DNA from: Acidobacteriota bacterium
GTDB taxonomy: Bacteria > Acidobacteriota > Terriglobia > Acidiferrales > 2-02-FULL-67-57
Length of the DNA stretch: 64,000 nt
NCBI GenBank assembly: GCA_037442885.1
Contig: JBBIPK010000001.1
Location: 6,431-70,430, forward strand
Direction of reading: 5' to 3'
Each line of letters begins with the position of its first letter. The first letter of the stretch is position 1. The translations under genes and the position numbers were made by a program. The notes under the pieces are model-generated. The model saw only the letters and a program-made list of their open reading frames with translations, did not search any database and was not told the DNA's origin. Below are positions 26,956-37,354 of this stretch, in pieces.

Positions 26956-28116
26956 ATGGCTCCTCCGCAGGCAGACTTGCCGCGCATCCACCGCTATCTC
27001 CGCCGCCGGACACCCGCGCTCGTGCAGCTCCTACGCTATCTGGTGGAACTTGAGTCACCGAGCCACGACAAGGCGGCAGTAGACCGGCTCGGGCGCGTGC
27101 TGGCGCGGGAATGGCAACGCCGCGGGGCTCGCGTCCGCCTGTTCCCCTGCGCAGACCACGGCGACGTCCTCCGCGCAGAACTCTCCTTTCGACAGCAAAC
27201 GCGCGGGCAACTGCTGGTTCTCGGCCATCTCGATACCGTGTATGACCGCGGAGTGCTCCGCCGAATGCCATTTCATACCCGCGGTGCGCACGCCTATGGG
27301 CCTGGGACGTTCGATATGAAAGGCGGGATTGTCATCGGCCTGGCGGCTGTCGAAGCCCTGCAGGCCTTCGGGCTGGCACCGGCCAGGAAGGTTGTATTCC
27401 TCTATTCAAGCGACGAAGAAATAGGTAGCGCCGCCAGCGAGGTGTTCATCACACGGGAGGCACGACACAGCCAGGCCGTGCTGGTGTTGGAACCTGCAGC
27501 CGGACCACGGGGCGCGCTCAAAACGGCCCGCAAGGGCGTTGCCGAATACGAATTGGTCGTCCACGGCCGCGCTGCTCACGCTGGCTTGGACCCCGAGAAA
27601 GGAGTAAGCGCAACGCTGGAGCTGGCCTATCAGATTCCTCGGATTGTTGCCCTCGCCAAGCCCATGCGCGGTGTAAGCGTCAATATCGGTCGAGTAGAAG
27701 GCGGGACGCGCACGAATGTCGTTGCCGCGCAAGCCCGCGCCAGCATTGACCTGCGCGCCTATCGGCTGGCCGACTTAGACCGGTTAGAACGCCGCCTGTA
27801 CGCTTTTCGGCCTCTACTCGCCGGCGCGCGACTGGAATGGCGATGCCTGGGAAAGCGTCCCCCGCTCGAGCGCACAGCCGGTGTGGTGCGGCTTTTCCGG
27901 GAAGCCCAGCAGGTCGCCAACGCACTCGGATTCCGGCTGGAGGAAACAGCGGTGGGCGGCGGTTCGGACGGGAACTTGACGGCGGCGCTCGGCATTCCGA
28001 CTCTCGACGGCCTGGGCGCGGTCGGCGCCCACGCACATTCCCCTTGCGAGTACGCTCTAATCAGGTCACTGGCTCAGCGGGCGGCGCTGTTGGTGGGTTT
28101 GTTGCTACGACTCTAG
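26956..28116 (+). CDS. M20 family metallopeptidase (carboxypeptidase G2-like)
   Basis: 'VLGHLDTVYD', 'SSDEEIGS' and 'LESPSHDK'. The start is set at ATG 26956. The 608-aa track ORF extends antisense through lpxA and fabZ. Confidence 0.82.
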   Translation: MAPPQADLPRIHRYLRRRTPALVQLLRYLVELESPSHDKAAVDRLGRVLAREWQRRGARVRLFPCADHGDVLRAELSFRQQTRGQLLVLGHLDTVYDRGVLRRMPFHTRGAHAYGPGTFDMKGGIVIGLAAVEALQAFGLAPARKVVFLYSSDEEIGSAASEVFITREARHSQAVLVLEPAAGPRGALKTARKGVAEYELVVHGRAAHAGLDPEKGVSATLELAYQIPRIVALAKPMRGVSVNIGRVEGGTRTNVVAAQARASIDLRAYRLADLDRLERRLYAFRPLLAGARLEWRCLGKRPPLERTAGVVRLFREAQQVANALGFRLEETAVGGGSDGNLTAALGIPTLDGLGAVGAHAHSPCEYALIRSLAQRAALLVGLLLRL

Positions 28117-29567
28117 CCGCCCGTGCGACGCCGAAGAGACTCCAGAACGACTTGTTCCAGCCCGGCGGAATCCATCCGATAAGCAACACGCAAGGCGGCA
28201 TCGAGGCTGGCACCGCGCCCCAATTCTTCCAGTAGCCGGTTCACGCCGTTCAAGCCGCCGGAATCCATCAGCGTCTCGACGACGACCAGTGCCAGGATAT
28301 AGCCGGCAGCAACTTCCTGAAACTGACTGCCCAGAATCAAGCTGTCGATGCTCGCGAGGGGCAGCCTGCCCTGCGCGGCGACTTGGCGGAGGAGGTTTGG
28401 TTGCGCTGCCGAACGTGTTCCCTCAAACCACTGACCCAGCCCTTCGTGCAACCAGTGAGGCGCGCGGTTGCGACTCTTCTCCTGAATGAAGGCATGGCTG
28501 AGTTCATGTCGCAGAATGTTGCGCAGGTGAGGGGTGAGGCTGGAGAGTCCCGCCGTGGGAACGCGAATCTTGCCGTCGTGCACGGCATCCACCCACGGCG
28601 GCACCCCGGTGACGCGAGAAAAACCACCCTCGGCGTAGAGCACCACCACAATCGGTTCGCGCGGAAGGTAGTTCAGTTGGGACGCGAGGTCGTCGAAATC
28701 CCGCTCAAGTGCGGCCATCACCTCCCGCACCAGCCGGGCCGAAGTAGTTCCCGCATCGCTGCTGTAGCGCAGCGTGAAGCGGCCGCTGGCAGCTTCACGG
28801 TAGCCGGCGGCCACATGTGCCTCGCGTTCCGCTCGCTCGAGCCAGGTCGGAATCTCGCCGTCCGTCCGCAGGCGCAACGCCTGCCTCCAGGCGGCGATGG
28901 CCGCTTCGAGCTTTTCCTGCTCGTACAGAATCAAGCCGCGGAGCCGAAGAACCTCGAATGCCAGACTCCGGTCGCGCTCTGCCCGCTCCAGCACTTCGAG
29001 TGCTCGTGCGTAATCCCGGTTCGAATAATAGAGGTCGGCCAAGTAAAGCAGTAACGGTGCGTGCGCCGGTGCAAAAGCCAGGGCACGCTCGGCGCTCGCA
29101 ATCGCTCCTGCCAGGTCATTCTGGGCATCAAGGTGTTGCGCGATGGCGGCATGAGCAGCCGCAGCGCGGAGTTTGTCCGCCAGCGTCCCGCGGCTGGCTT
29201 CCAACTCGAGTTTCGCCACCAAGTCCCGGTTCACCCGCCCGTTCACCACAACCTCATTGATGATGCTGTCGTCAAAAGTCGGCGGCGCAACCGCAGCCTT
29301 GTTCGCCAAACGGCGCGCTGCCAGCGGAGCGTTGCTCCGCTCAATCCGCTCGATGAGGCGTTTGGGCAGGCTGAAGCGGCCTTCTTCTGTCTCCCAGTAG
29401 ATACGGTCGCCGCGTTCTTCGACCGCTCCGGCTTGGATCCGGCGACCGCTCTTGAGCACGATCGTGTCCCCCAGGGCCGGCAGAGCCCAAAGCGTGGCCA
29501 GCAGGACGACCCCATGCAATCCGCAGCGAAGCAGTGAGTGAACCATAACCGGGAAAACCGAATCCAA
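28113..29567 (-). CDS. Secreted TPR-repeat protein with a C-terminal MA-clan zinc metallopeptidase-like domain
   Basis: N-terminal hydrophobic signal, TPR-like helices in the middle, and 'RHELSHAFIQ...HWLHEGLGQWFEG' (HExxH plus a downstream Glu). Confidence 0.7.
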   Translation of the reverse strand: MDSVFPVMVHSLLRCGLHGVVLLATLWALPALGDTIVLKSGRRIQAGAVEERGDRIYWETEEGRFSLPKRLIERIERSNAPLAARRLANKAAVAPPTFDDSIINEVVVNGRVNRDLVAKLELEASRGTLADKLRAAAAHAAIAQHLDAQNDLAGAIASAERALAFAPAHAPLLLYLADLYYSNRDYARALEVLERAERDRSLAFEVLRLRGLILYEQEKLEAAIAAWRQALRLRTDGEIPTWLERAEREAHVAAGYREAASGRFTLRYSSDAGTTSARLVREVMAALERDFDDLASQLNYLPREPIVVVLYAEGGFSRVTGVPPWVDAVHDGKIRVPTAGLSSLTPHLRNILRHELSHAFIQEKSRNRAPHWLHEGLGQWFEGTRSAAQPNLLRQVAAQGRLPLASIDSLILGSQFQEVAAGYILALVVVETLMDSGGLNGVNRLLEELGRGASLDAALRVAYRMDSAGLEQVVLESLRRRTGG

Positions 29568-29632
29568 TTCTATCAGATGCCCCGGAGGGCAGCGGCTTGC
29601 GGGCTCCCGACGGCACTGCTAGAGTGAAGCCG

Positions 29633-32104
29633 ATGGCACGTCATCGCACTTCGAGTCTCGCCTTTCTCGCCTTTCTGCTCTTGATCGTTCCCTGGACGCA
29701 GGCTCGGACATCAGTCGAGGCGGAGGATTGGGCTGCGAGTATCCGCGAGTTAGTCGAGCGACTTCACCGCGTGAGTCTCGATTCAGAAGCCGCTTACCGG
29801 ATCGCCGAACTCTACTTCCGCCGCGATGCCATCCGCATTGAACTGACGCACGGCACGCTCGTCTTCCTCCGGCCGGTCGAGAACACCGTCACCGGCGCCC
29901 TGTTTGTCGGTGATGGCCGCGTGCTCGTGATGCCGCCGATGCCGAGTGAACGGCATCAACTGGCGCGCTTCACCGGCTCGCCCATCCTGGCGGAAAGTTT
30001 CTCCAGCGCCTATCTGCGTTTTACGGATTCGACCGCCGCCGAGTTGCAGGCCAACATTGCGGCCGGCCGGGGCAGCCGTACGGAAGCAGATGAACTGATC
30101 CAGCAATGGGATGGAGTCGTGCAGACCCTGAATCCCAGCTATTCCGTGCGCGTGCTGACCGACTTGATCAGTCCAAACCCGCGCCCCTATTTCGCTGCCG
30201 CCCTCACCAACCGTCGCCTGGGGCGATTCGATGTCGTGCTGGACGAACGCCAAGACGAAGAGGTGCTGGTCGGCCAGACCCGCTGGCACAATGACCGTCT
30301 CTCCTACGACGTGTGGTGTTCATTCCCCCGCGAAGGCCGCGAACCACAGCCGAAACCGGCGCCCTGGCAGCCAACTTCCTACCGCATCCAGACCGCGATC
30401 GCGCACAATCACTCCCTGGAGGGAAACACGGAGGTTCGCTTCCGAGCGCGCATCCCGCAGGAGCGCGTCGTATTGTTCGAATTGTCCCGCTACCTTCAGG
30501 TGGAGGAAGTCACCGACGAAGATGGGACGCGCCTGCCTTTCTTCCAAAACGAGTCCGTGACCGCTGAGCAACTGCGGTTACTGGGAACAGATTACTTCGT
30601 TGTCGTCTTGCCTGCGCCTGCCCGCAGGGATGCTGACTACACCCTGCGTCTCCGCTACCAGGGCCAGGTCATTACGGATATTGGTAGCGGCGTGCTCTAC
30701 GTGGGCGCCCGCGGCATCTGGTATCCGAGCCTGCATTCGCCCTGGCCCGCTCCCTTCGAGATGGAATTCCGCTACCCGCGGGCGCTCGCCCTGGTGGCCA
30801 GCGGCAAACGGGTGGCAGAATCCCAGGACGGACCCTGGCGAGTCAGCCAATGGAAAAGCGAAGTTCCCATCCCGCTTGTCGGCTTCAATCTCGGCGCCTT
30901 TGAGAGCCACGAACGCACGTATCAAGGCATTCCTGTCCGTGTGTATGCGAACCAGCAGTTGGAGCCGGCGCTGGCACTTCCCTTCGTACCACTGCCCCCT
31001 GTGCTTCCCATGGACGAGCGCAGTGCGGCGCGCGTCCAAGAAGGCCCAACCGAAACGCGACGAAACATTCCCGAACTAATGCTTCCCTTGCCCCCGATTC
31101 TCCCACGCCCCTCTGCCTTGATCGAGGAAGTGGGAGAGGAAGTAGGCAGGGCGTTGGACTTCTTCGTGGAGCGCTTCGGCCCCTTCCCTTACCCGCGGTT
31201 GAACGTGTCACAGCTCCCGGGTCGAATCGGGCAGGGCTATCCCGGGCTCCTCTATCTCTCGACCTTTACGTTCTTGCAAGGGCGTGACCTGGCACGCCTC
31301 GGACTGAGCGAGCGCACCCGGGAACATTTCTCCGGGCTGATTCCGGCCCACGAGACCGCCCACCAGTGGTGGGGAACGCGCGTGCGCGTGGCCAGCTACC
31401 GCGACCAATGGCTGATCGAAGCCCTGGCAACTTACTCCAGCCTGCTCTATCTGGAAAGCAAGTCGGGCGGCGAGCAAGTGCTGCGCCACTGGCTGGAGCG
31501 CTACCGCGACGACTTGCTCGCTCGCGGCCCCACGGGGCAGCCGTGGGAAGCGGCCGGGCCACTCGCGCTCGGGCGCCGCTTGAGCGCGTCCCTCTCGCCG
31601 GGCACTTATGAGCGTGTGATCTACCCCAAGGGCGCCTGGATCTTGCACATGCTCCGACACCTGCTTTCTGACAAGGCCTTCTTCGAACTGTTGCGGACCA
31701 TCGCAGACGAGTACGGAGACAAGCCGTTCGGCACAGCGGCTCTGCAGGCCCTGGCGGAAGCGCGTCTTCCCCTCCAGGCCAATCGTGACCGGACGGGCTC
31801 ATTGGACTGGTTTTTCGATCAGTGGGTGAACAACACAGGCATCCCGCACTACCGGCTGCAGACGCGGGTCGAGCCGCAATCCCCGCGGGGCTTCCGCGTG
31901 TCCGGTCGTGTCCAGACGAGAGGCGTGTCTGACCTCTTCACGATGCCGGTTCCCGTCTATGCGCGCTTCGGACGAGAACTGCGCCTGCTCGGCCGTGTCG
32001 ACGTGACCGGGCCAGAAACCTCCTTCACTTTCGCTACAGCTACGCGTCCCGACCGCATCCTCCTCGACCCCCATCAAACCGTTCTCTGCGTCATCGAGGA
32101 ATAA
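29633..32104 (+). CDS. M1 (gluzincin) family peptidase-like protein, secreted
   Basis: 'HETAHQWWG' followed 18 residues later by Glu in 'WLIEALATY' (HExxH-x18-E). Signal peptide 'LAFLAFLLLIVPWTQA'. No GxMEN exopeptidase motif was found in the translation. Confidence 0.8.
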   Translation: MARHRTSSLAFLAFLLLIVPWTQARTSVEAEDWAASIRELVERLHRVSLDSEAAYRIAELYFRRDAIRIELTHGTLVFLRPVENTVTGALFVGDGRVLVMPPMPSERHQLARFTGSPILAESFSSAYLRFTDSTAAELQANIAAGRGSRTEADELIQQWDGVVQTLNPSYSVRVLTDLISPNPRPYFAAALTNRRLGRFDVVLDERQDEEVLVGQTRWHNDRLSYDVWCSFPREGREPQPKPAPWQPTSYRIQTAIAHNHSLEGNTEVRFRARIPQERVVLFELSRYLQVEEVTDEDGTRLPFFQNESVTAEQLRLLGTDYFVVVLPAPARRDADYTLRLRYQGQVITDIGSGVLYVGARGIWYPSLHSPWPAPFEMEFRYPRALALVASGKRVAESQDGPWRVSQWKSEVPIPLVGFNLGAFESHERTYQGIPVRVYANQQLEPALALPFVPLPPVLPMDERSAARVQEGPTETRRNIPELMLPLPPILPRPSALIEEVGEEVGRALDFFVERFGPFPYPRLNVSQLPGRIGQGYPGLLYLSTFTFLQGRDLARLGLSERTREHFSGLIPAHETAHQWWGTRVRVASYRDQWLIEALATYSSLLYLESKSGGEQVLRHWLERYRDDLLARGPTGQPWEAAGPLALGRRLSASLSPGTYERVIYPKGAWILHMLRHLLSDKAFFELLRTIADEYGDKPFGTAALQALAEARLPLQANRDRTGSLDWFFDQWVNNTGIPHYRLQTRVEPQSPRGFRVSGRVQTRGVSDLFTMPVPVYARFGRELRLLGRVDVTGPETSFTFATATRPDRILLDPHQTVLCVIEE

Positions 32105-32117
32105 GCGCGGCGCTGCC

Positions 32118-32324
32118 ATGTTCCAGCCCAACCAGCGTGTGCGCGTAAACCTAGCGGGATTGATGATTCAAGGTGTGAGCTTTGCCGCGGCGGTCACCGA
32201 TGCCCTCGGCACGGTCATCCGCAAGACTTCCGATGATCCGGCGCGCTACCTCGTCGAGCTGCTTTTTTCCTTCAAGGGGATCAAGGAAGTCGAGATTCCC
32301 GAAGAAAGGATCAAGCCTGCTTGA
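32118..32324 (+). CDS. Hypothetical small protein (68 aa)
   Basis: The ORF starts 14 nt after the M1-like gene stop and has GC-biased third positions. It has no recognisable motif and no SD. Confidence 0.35.
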   Translation: MFQPNQRVRVNLAGLMIQGVSFAAAVTDALGTVIRKTSDDPARYLVELLFSFKGIKEVEIPEERIKPA

Positions 32325-32344
32325 AACTGTTGCGACCCCGGGAC

Positions 32345-32692
32345 CTAACCCGGCGGCCAGCGCATTCCTCGCCCGCCGAGCAAGTGTAGGTGCAGATGGA
32401 ACACCGACTGCCCCGCGCCTCGGCCATTGTTGATGACCACACGGTAGCCGCTTTCCACGATGCCCCGCGCGCGCGCCACCTCTGCGGCGACGAGCTGCAG
32501 CTGGCCCAAGAGTTTCGCTTCCTCCGCTGTCGCATCATTCAGCCCGGCAATGTGCTTGCGCGGTACCACCAGAATGTGCGTCGGCGCTTGCGGGTTGATG
32601 TCCTCGAACGCCACCGCTTGGTCATCTTCATAGACAATCTTCGAGGAGAGCTCTTTGTTCACGATCCGGCAAAAAAGGCAATCCTTGTTCAC
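32345..32692 (-). CDS. HIT (histidine triad) family protein
   Basis: 'CLFCRI' N-terminus and the histidine triad 'HLHLHLLGG'. GTG start. Confidence 0.9.
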   Translation of the reverse strand: MNKDCLFCRIVNKELSSKIVYEDDQAVAFEDINPQAPTHILVVPRKHIAGLNDATAEEAKLLGQLQLVAAEVARARGIVESGYRVVINNGRGAGQSVFHLHLHLLGGRGMRWPPG

Positions 32693-32706
32693 GGCGTCCT
32701 CCCCCG

Positions 32707-33396
32707 CTAGTCCAACCGCACCACAAACGGTTGACTCACGCCTACCTGGCGGCGCAACCGTTGGGCGAGCCGATTGGCTTCGTCCTCCGAAGTCCGTCCC
32801 ACGCGCACGCGGTAGTAGCGGCCGTCGGGCGCGTCATGCACGTCAATAAAGACGTCAGTGAATTCTCCAACCAGCGTCTCCCGCAGCCGCTCCGCATTCT
32901 CCCGCACCAGAAAGGCCCCCACCTGCACCGAGAATTGCCCCGGCGTATCCGTCATCCCCGGCCTTCCCTCTGGCTTCTGAATGATGTCCAGACGCACCAA
33001 CGCCGTCCCGGCCGCCATCATGTCGAGCGCCTGTGCCGCTGCCTGGGACAAATCAATAATCCGGCCTTCGATGAATGGCCCGCGGTCGTTGATGCGGACG
33101 GTGGTGAAGCTACGGTTCTCGAGGTTGGTCACACGCACCCAGGTATTGAAGGGAAGGGTACGATGTGCGGCGGTGAACTTGGTCTTGTCAAAAATCTCGC
33201 CGCTGGCTGCCCGCCGACCGTGATAGGGGTCGCCGTACCAGGAAGCGAGGCCGGTTTCGGATTCTCCCGTGCCGACGGCTGGCGGTGGAATCTCACCTGG
33301 CGTGCGCGGCGCTGGCCGTCGCGCACAGCCCGCTACAGTAAGGGCAACTGCGAGCACAAACAAGGAATGAATTCTTGCCTGTGTTCGCAGTTGCAC
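32707..33396 (-). CDS. rlpA: Septal ring lytic transglycosylase RlpA family lipoprotein with a SPOR domain
   Basis: Lipobox 'LTVAGC', DPBB motif 'ASWYGDPYHGRRAASGEIFD', and a C-terminal SPOR-like 'FSVQVGAFLVRENAERL'. Confidence 0.88.
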   Translation of the reverse strand: MQLRTQARIHSLFVLAVALTVAGCARRPAPRTPGEIPPPAVGTGESETGLASWYGDPYHGRRAASGEIFDKTKFTAAHRTLPFNTWVRVTNLENRSFTTVRINDRGPFIEGRIIDLSQAAAQALDMMAAGTALVRLDIIQKPEGRPGMTDTPGQFSVQVGAFLVRENAERLRETLVGEFTDVFIDVHDAPDGRYYRVRVGRTSEDEANRLAQRLRRQVGVSQPFVVRLD

Positions 33397-33424
33397 GGCC
33401 CTCTGGCGCAGAAAAATTTTCCGG

Positions 33425-33431
33425 TATTATA
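33425..33431. promoter_or_regulatory. Candidate back-to-back -10 elements for divergent rlpA and the rhomboid gene
   Basis: GGTATTATAGG reads TATAAT on the minus strand (29 nt from the rlpA ATG) and TATTAT on the plus strand (36 nt from rhomboid ATG 33467). Confidence 0.3.
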
Positions 33432-33466
33432 GGAAGCTGCCCGCGCGACTGACAAGGAGATTCCCG

Positions 33467-34387
33467 ATGTTACCACCCAGGTGGCGATGGCGACTTGACC
33501 GCTGGCGCCAGCAACTGGGGGGACTGCTCGCGCGACCCCGCCCACAGGCCAAGCCGCGCCTCTGCCCTTCCTGCGGCCTCTTGGTAGGCTCGGAGGAAAA
33601 ATCCTGCTCCCACTGCGGCGCCAGCATGGCCGTCCTCTCCCTGACCGGGCTGCAGCGGGTGGCCGCCTGGATCCTGCCGGCCGAAGCTCCCCTCACCTAT
33701 GCCTTGCTGTTCACGAACCTGCTGTTCTTCGTGGTCGCCTGGATTGTGAGCATCCGTCTGACCGGCACGGACACCCCGCTCTTCAGCAATCTGGACGCGC
33801 GGGTACTCGTGGCTCTCGGCGCCAAGTCGGGCTACCACATCGTCGTCACCGGCGAATACTGGCGCCTTGTCATGCCCATCTTTCTTCACTTCGACGTCAT
33901 CCACTTCGGCTTCAACTCCTTCGTTCTGTGGCAGGTCGGTCCGCAGGTGGAGGAGCTGTTCGGTTCGCGTCGCTTTCTCTTCATCTACCTCGTTACAGGC
34001 GTGGTCGGATTTATGGCCAGCCTGTGGTGGTACGACCTGCATGGCCGCCCCGCTCTCAGCGTGGGCAGCTCGGGGGCTATCTTTGGCCTCATGGGCGTGC
34101 TCATTAGCTACATCACCCAAAGCGCCGGATTTGCCGCGCAGTACCGGGCTTCGCTCATTCGTTGGGCAGTTTTCATCCTCATCATGGGAATCTTTCTCCC
34201 TTTCGATAACGCGGCGCACCTGGGTGGTGTCCTCACGGGCCTGGTGCTTGGCCGAGTGGTCAGCGACCGCCGGCCCGCCACCCGGCGACAGCGTTTTACC
34301 GTGGGCTTGATGGGGTGGGGCTCGGCCGCCGTCATCCTGGCGAGCGTCGCCCTCACTTTGCTCCGCCTCCGCCCGATCGGTTCCTGA
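33467..34387 (+). CDS. Rhomboid family intramembrane serine protease with an N-terminal zinc ribbon
   Basis: 'CPSCG...CSHCG' zinc ribbon, then TM helices carrying the catalytic 'GSSGAIFGLMG' and 'AAHLGGVLTG'. SD AAGGAG. Confidence 0.88.
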   Translation: MLPPRWRWRLDRWRQQLGGLLARPRPQAKPRLCPSCGLLVGSEEKSCSHCGASMAVLSLTGLQRVAAWILPAEAPLTYALLFTNLLFFVVAWIVSIRLTGTDTPLFSNLDARVLVALGAKSGYHIVVTGEYWRLVMPIFLHFDVIHFGFNSFVLWQVGPQVEELFGSRRFLFIYLVTGVVGFMASLWWYDLHGRPALSVGSSGAIFGLMGVLISYITQSAGFAAQYRASLIRWAVFILIMGIFLPFDNAAHLGGVLTGLVLGRVVSDRRPATRRQRFTVGLMGWGSAAVILASVALTLLRLRPIGS

Positions 34388-34423
34388 CCTGTGCTAGACT
34401 GAAATCGGCTCGGGTACGGCACT

Positions 34424-35845
34424 ATGGGGGCACGAACGCTCTACGAAAAAATCTGGAACGCCCACTTGGTGCAGCAGGCACCAGGACAACCTTCCCTCAT
34501 CTACATTGACCGCCACCTCATCCACGAGGGCACGTCCCCTCAAGCGTTCGCCAGCTTGAAACAGGCGGGACGGAAAGTCCGCCGGCCCGACTTGACTTTT
34601 GCCGTGATGGATCATTCGGTTCCTACCAAGGACCGGCATCTGCCCGTTCTCGATACCAACGCCGCCGCGCAGTTTGAAGCCCTGGCGCGCAATGCTCGCG
34701 AAACGAGCGTCCGCCTCTTCGATATGCACAGCCAGAACCAAGGCATTGTGCATGTCATCGGGCCGGAGCTCGGCCTCACTCAGCCCGGCCTCACCATCGT
34801 CTGCGGCGACAGCCACACCTCCACGCACGGCGCCTTCGGTTGCCTGGCCTTCGGCATCGGCACCAGCGAAGTCGAGCACGTCCTTGCCACGCAGTGCCTC
34901 TGGCAGCACAAGTCAAAGACTTTGCTCGTGCGCGTCAACGGCAAGCGTCCCCGAGGCGTGACGGCCAAGGACATCATCCTCGCTATCATCGGCAAGATCG
35001 GCGTCGCCGGCGGCACCGGCCACGTCATCGAATATGCCGGCGAGGCTATTCGCGAGCTCTCGATGGAAGGCCGAATGACCGTCTGCAATATGAGCATCGA
35101 AGCGGGCGCACGCGCCGGCATGATTGCGCCTGATGAAAAGACACTTGCCTACCTGGAAGGCCGTCCCTTCGTTCCCCGCGCAAGCGAGTTTCAGCGCGCA
35201 GTTGAACACTGGAAAACCTGGGTGACGGATGCGGGTGCGGAATATGACCGCGTGGTGGAGCTCGATGCCGCCCGGCTAGCGCCCCAGGTAACGTGGGGCA
35301 CCAACCCGGGCATGGTCACCGACATCACCGGGCGCGTCCCCGCCCCGGCCTCCTTCGCTGACCCGGTCGAGCGCAGGGCGGCCGAGCGCGCCCTCGAATA
35401 TATGGCGCTCAAACCCGGCATCCCCATCGTGGACATCACGCTCGACCGCGTCTTCATCGGCTCCTGCACCAATGCCCGCATCGAAGACCTCCGCGCGGCT
35501 GCCCGCGTCGTGGCCGGCAAGAAAGTCGCGCGGACGCTCAAGCAAGCGCTGGTCGTTCCCGGCTCGCGCGTGGTCAAGGCGCAGGCGGAGAGAGAAGGTC
35601 TCGACAAGATTTTCACAGCTGCCGGCTTCGAATGGCGAGACTCTGGATGCAGTATGTGCATCGGGATGAACGACGACATTCTCGGTCCCGGTGAGCGCTG
35701 CGCCAGCACCTCCAACCGCAACTTCGAAGGCCGCCAAGGTAAGGGGGGACGCACGCACCTAGTCAGCCCGCTCATGGCCGCGGCCGCCGCCATCGCCGGT
35801 CACTTCGTGGATATTCGCGACTGGAACGTGGACGTAGTGGAGTAA
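34424..35845 (+). CDS. leuC: 3-isopropylmalate dehydratase large subunit
   Basis: Aconitase-family motifs '[14 protein letters not shown]', '[12 protein letters not shown]' and 'GCSMCIGMN'. 473 aa. Confidence 0.95.
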   Translation: MGARTLYEKIWNAHLVQQAPGQPSLIYIDRHLIHEGTSPQAFASLKQAGRKVRRPDLTFAVMDHSVPTKDRHLPVLDTNAAAQFEALARNARETSVRLFDMHSQNQGIVHVIGPELGLTQPGLTIVCGDSHTSTHGAFGCLAFGIGTSEVEHVLATQCLWQHKSKTLLVRVNGKRPRGVTAKDIILAIIGKIGVAGGTGHVIEYAGEAIRELSMEGRMTVCNMSIEAGARAGMIAPDEKTLAYLEGRPFVPRASEFQRAVEHWKTWVTDAGAEYDRVVELDAARLAPQVTWGTNPGMVTDITGRVPAPASFADPVERRAAERALEYMALKPGIPIVDITLDRVFIGSCTNARIEDLRAAARVVAGKKVARTLKQALVVPGSRVVKAQAEREGLDKIFTAAGFEWRDSGCSMCIGMNDDILGPGERCASTSNRNFEGRQGKGGRTHLVSPLMAAAAAIAGHFVDIRDWNVDVVE

Positions 35846-35848
35846 AGC

Positions 35849-36496
35849 GTGCAGCCCTTTTCCCAGCATACGGGTTTGGTGGCACCCCTGGATCGGGTCA
35901 ACGTGGACACCGACCAGATGGTGCCCAAGCAGTTCTGCAAGCTCCTGACGCGTGAGGGCTACGGCCGCTTCCTGTTCTACGACTGGCGCTATCTGGACAG
36001 CGAGCAGCCAAACATGGACTTCGTCCTAAATTGGCCGCGTTATCAAGGCGCTTCTGTCCTGCTCACGCGCGCCAATTTCGGCTGTGGTTCCAGCCGCGAG
36101 CATGCTGCCTGGGCGGTGCTGGACTTCGGCTTCCGTGTAGTCATCGCTCCGAGCTTCGCCGATATCTTCTATAACAACTGTTTTAAAAATGGCATCCTGC
36201 CTGTCACTCTCCCCGATGCTCAAATGGATGAACTCTTTCGCCGCACCGAGCAGAATGAGGGCTACCGACTGAGCGTGAACCTAGAAGAGCAAACGATCAA
36301 AGACGACTTTGGCCTTCGCCTCACCTTCACCATTGACCCCGCCCGGAAGCATGCCTTGCTCAAGGGGCTGGACGACATCGGTTTGACACTGGAGCTCGCC
36401 GACCAGATTGCCGCCTACGAGAAGAGCTACTCGCCGGCGGCCATCCTCTACGACCCGGCCCGCGTGGACATGCAGGTTTTCCCACAAAAAGAGTAG
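35849..36496 (+). CDS. leuD: 3-isopropylmalate dehydratase small subunit
   Basis: '[15 protein letters not shown]' swivel-domain motif. GTG start 3 nt after the leuC stop. Confidence 0.93.
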   Translation: MQPFSQHTGLVAPLDRVNVDTDQMVPKQFCKLLTREGYGRFLFYDWRYLDSEQPNMDFVLNWPRYQGASVLLTRANFGCGSSREHAAWAVLDFGFRVVIAPSFADIFYNNCFKNGILPVTLPDAQMDELFRRTEQNEGYRLSVNLEEQTIKDDFGLRLTFTIDPARKHALLKGLDDIGLTLELADQIAAYEKSYSPAAILYDPARVDMQVFPQKE

Positions 36497-36514
36497 TGCC
36501 GGGTTTGGTCTTTC

Positions 36515-37345
36515 CTAGTTGCGGGCGAGAATCTCGAGCACGGCCGCGTTCCATCCTGCGGGCCCTGGTGCCGGAGCCAGCATCAAGTGGGGGAGCTGCT
36601 TCCGCACTTCTGCGTCGTAGCTCCCGTCCGGAAGCTGCACGAGCACGGGAAGCTCCACGACCCGTAGAAAATCCAAATCGTTGGGGCTGTCACCCACTCC
36701 CACGCTGGTGACCTGGCCGTCGCGCTGGCGATAGAGCTCGAGAAGGCGTGCCACCGCCGCGCCCTTGTCGTTATTCCCCATCAGATGCCAGAACCGCCCC
36801 CCGCGCACGCACCGCAGGCCCTGCTGTTGCAGTCGGGAGAAGAACCGCTCCTGCTTCCTGGCGTCCTGCGTGTCAAGGAGGAACGCCTCGTCGTATTCCC
36901 GCATTCGCGCCTGCTTTGCTTCTGTCCGGCTCAACCCGCACAGCTCTGCCACTTCTTTGTCACTCATCTGGGAGAATCCACGAACCACAACTCCCGTTGC
37001 TGTTGCCGCCTCCTCCAGCGCCCGCACGAGTGTGTCATAAGGCGTTCCCAACTCAATCAATCGGAAATCTCGGCGCGGACGCGCGCCCGGCAAGATGAAA
37101 GGGAAATAGCCATTCCGAATGTAAATGGCACCCCCATTCTCGACCACGAAGGGATCGTCGAGCCCCAGCTCGGCGCGAATGACTTCCGTCTCTGCGCGTG
37201 TCTTGCTGGTGCAAAGGACGATGGGAATGAGGGCGTCACGCAACTGGCTCAGAGCCGGCGTCGCAGCATCCCAGCGATAGCTTTCGGCATCGAGCAAGGT
37301 GCCGTCGAGATCAGTGAAGAGAACAAGCTTTCGGACCGAATGCAC
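36515..37345 (-). CDS. HAD-IIB phosphatase of the mannosyl-3-phosphoglycerate phosphatase (MpgP/YedP) family
   Basis: 'LVLFTDLDGTLLDAESYRWDAATPALSQLRDALIPIVLCTSKTRAE' matches the MpgP/YedP family N-terminal pattern as recalled, plus 'GVGDSPNDLDFL'. Confidence 0.85.
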   Translation of the reverse strand: MHSVRKLVLFTDLDGTLLDAESYRWDAATPALSQLRDALIPIVLCTSKTRAETEVIRAELGLDDPFVVENGGAIYIRNGYFPFILPGARPRRDFRLIELGTPYDTLVRALEEAATATGVVVRGFSQMSDKEVAELCGLSRTEAKQARMREYDEAFLLDTQDARKQERFFSRLQQQGLRCVRGGRFWHLMGNNDKGAAVARLLELYRQRDGQVTSVGVGDSPNDLDFLRVVELPVLVQLPDGSYDAEVRKQLPHLMLAPAPGPAGWNAAVLEILARN

Positions 37346-37354
37346 GAGCCTTCC

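Noticed and set aside
26290-28116. A 608-aa version of the M20 peptidase ORF. The ORFs at 47662-48357, 48084-48863, 39354-40643, 41589-42308, 45301-45696, 5892-8135 and 23827-24912 show similar N-terminal extensions.
   Set aside because: The extensions run through or antisense to neighbouring genes, are compositionally junk-like, and have internal starts that match family N-termini and often carry SD sequences or stop/start overlaps. The shorter coordinates are reported instead.
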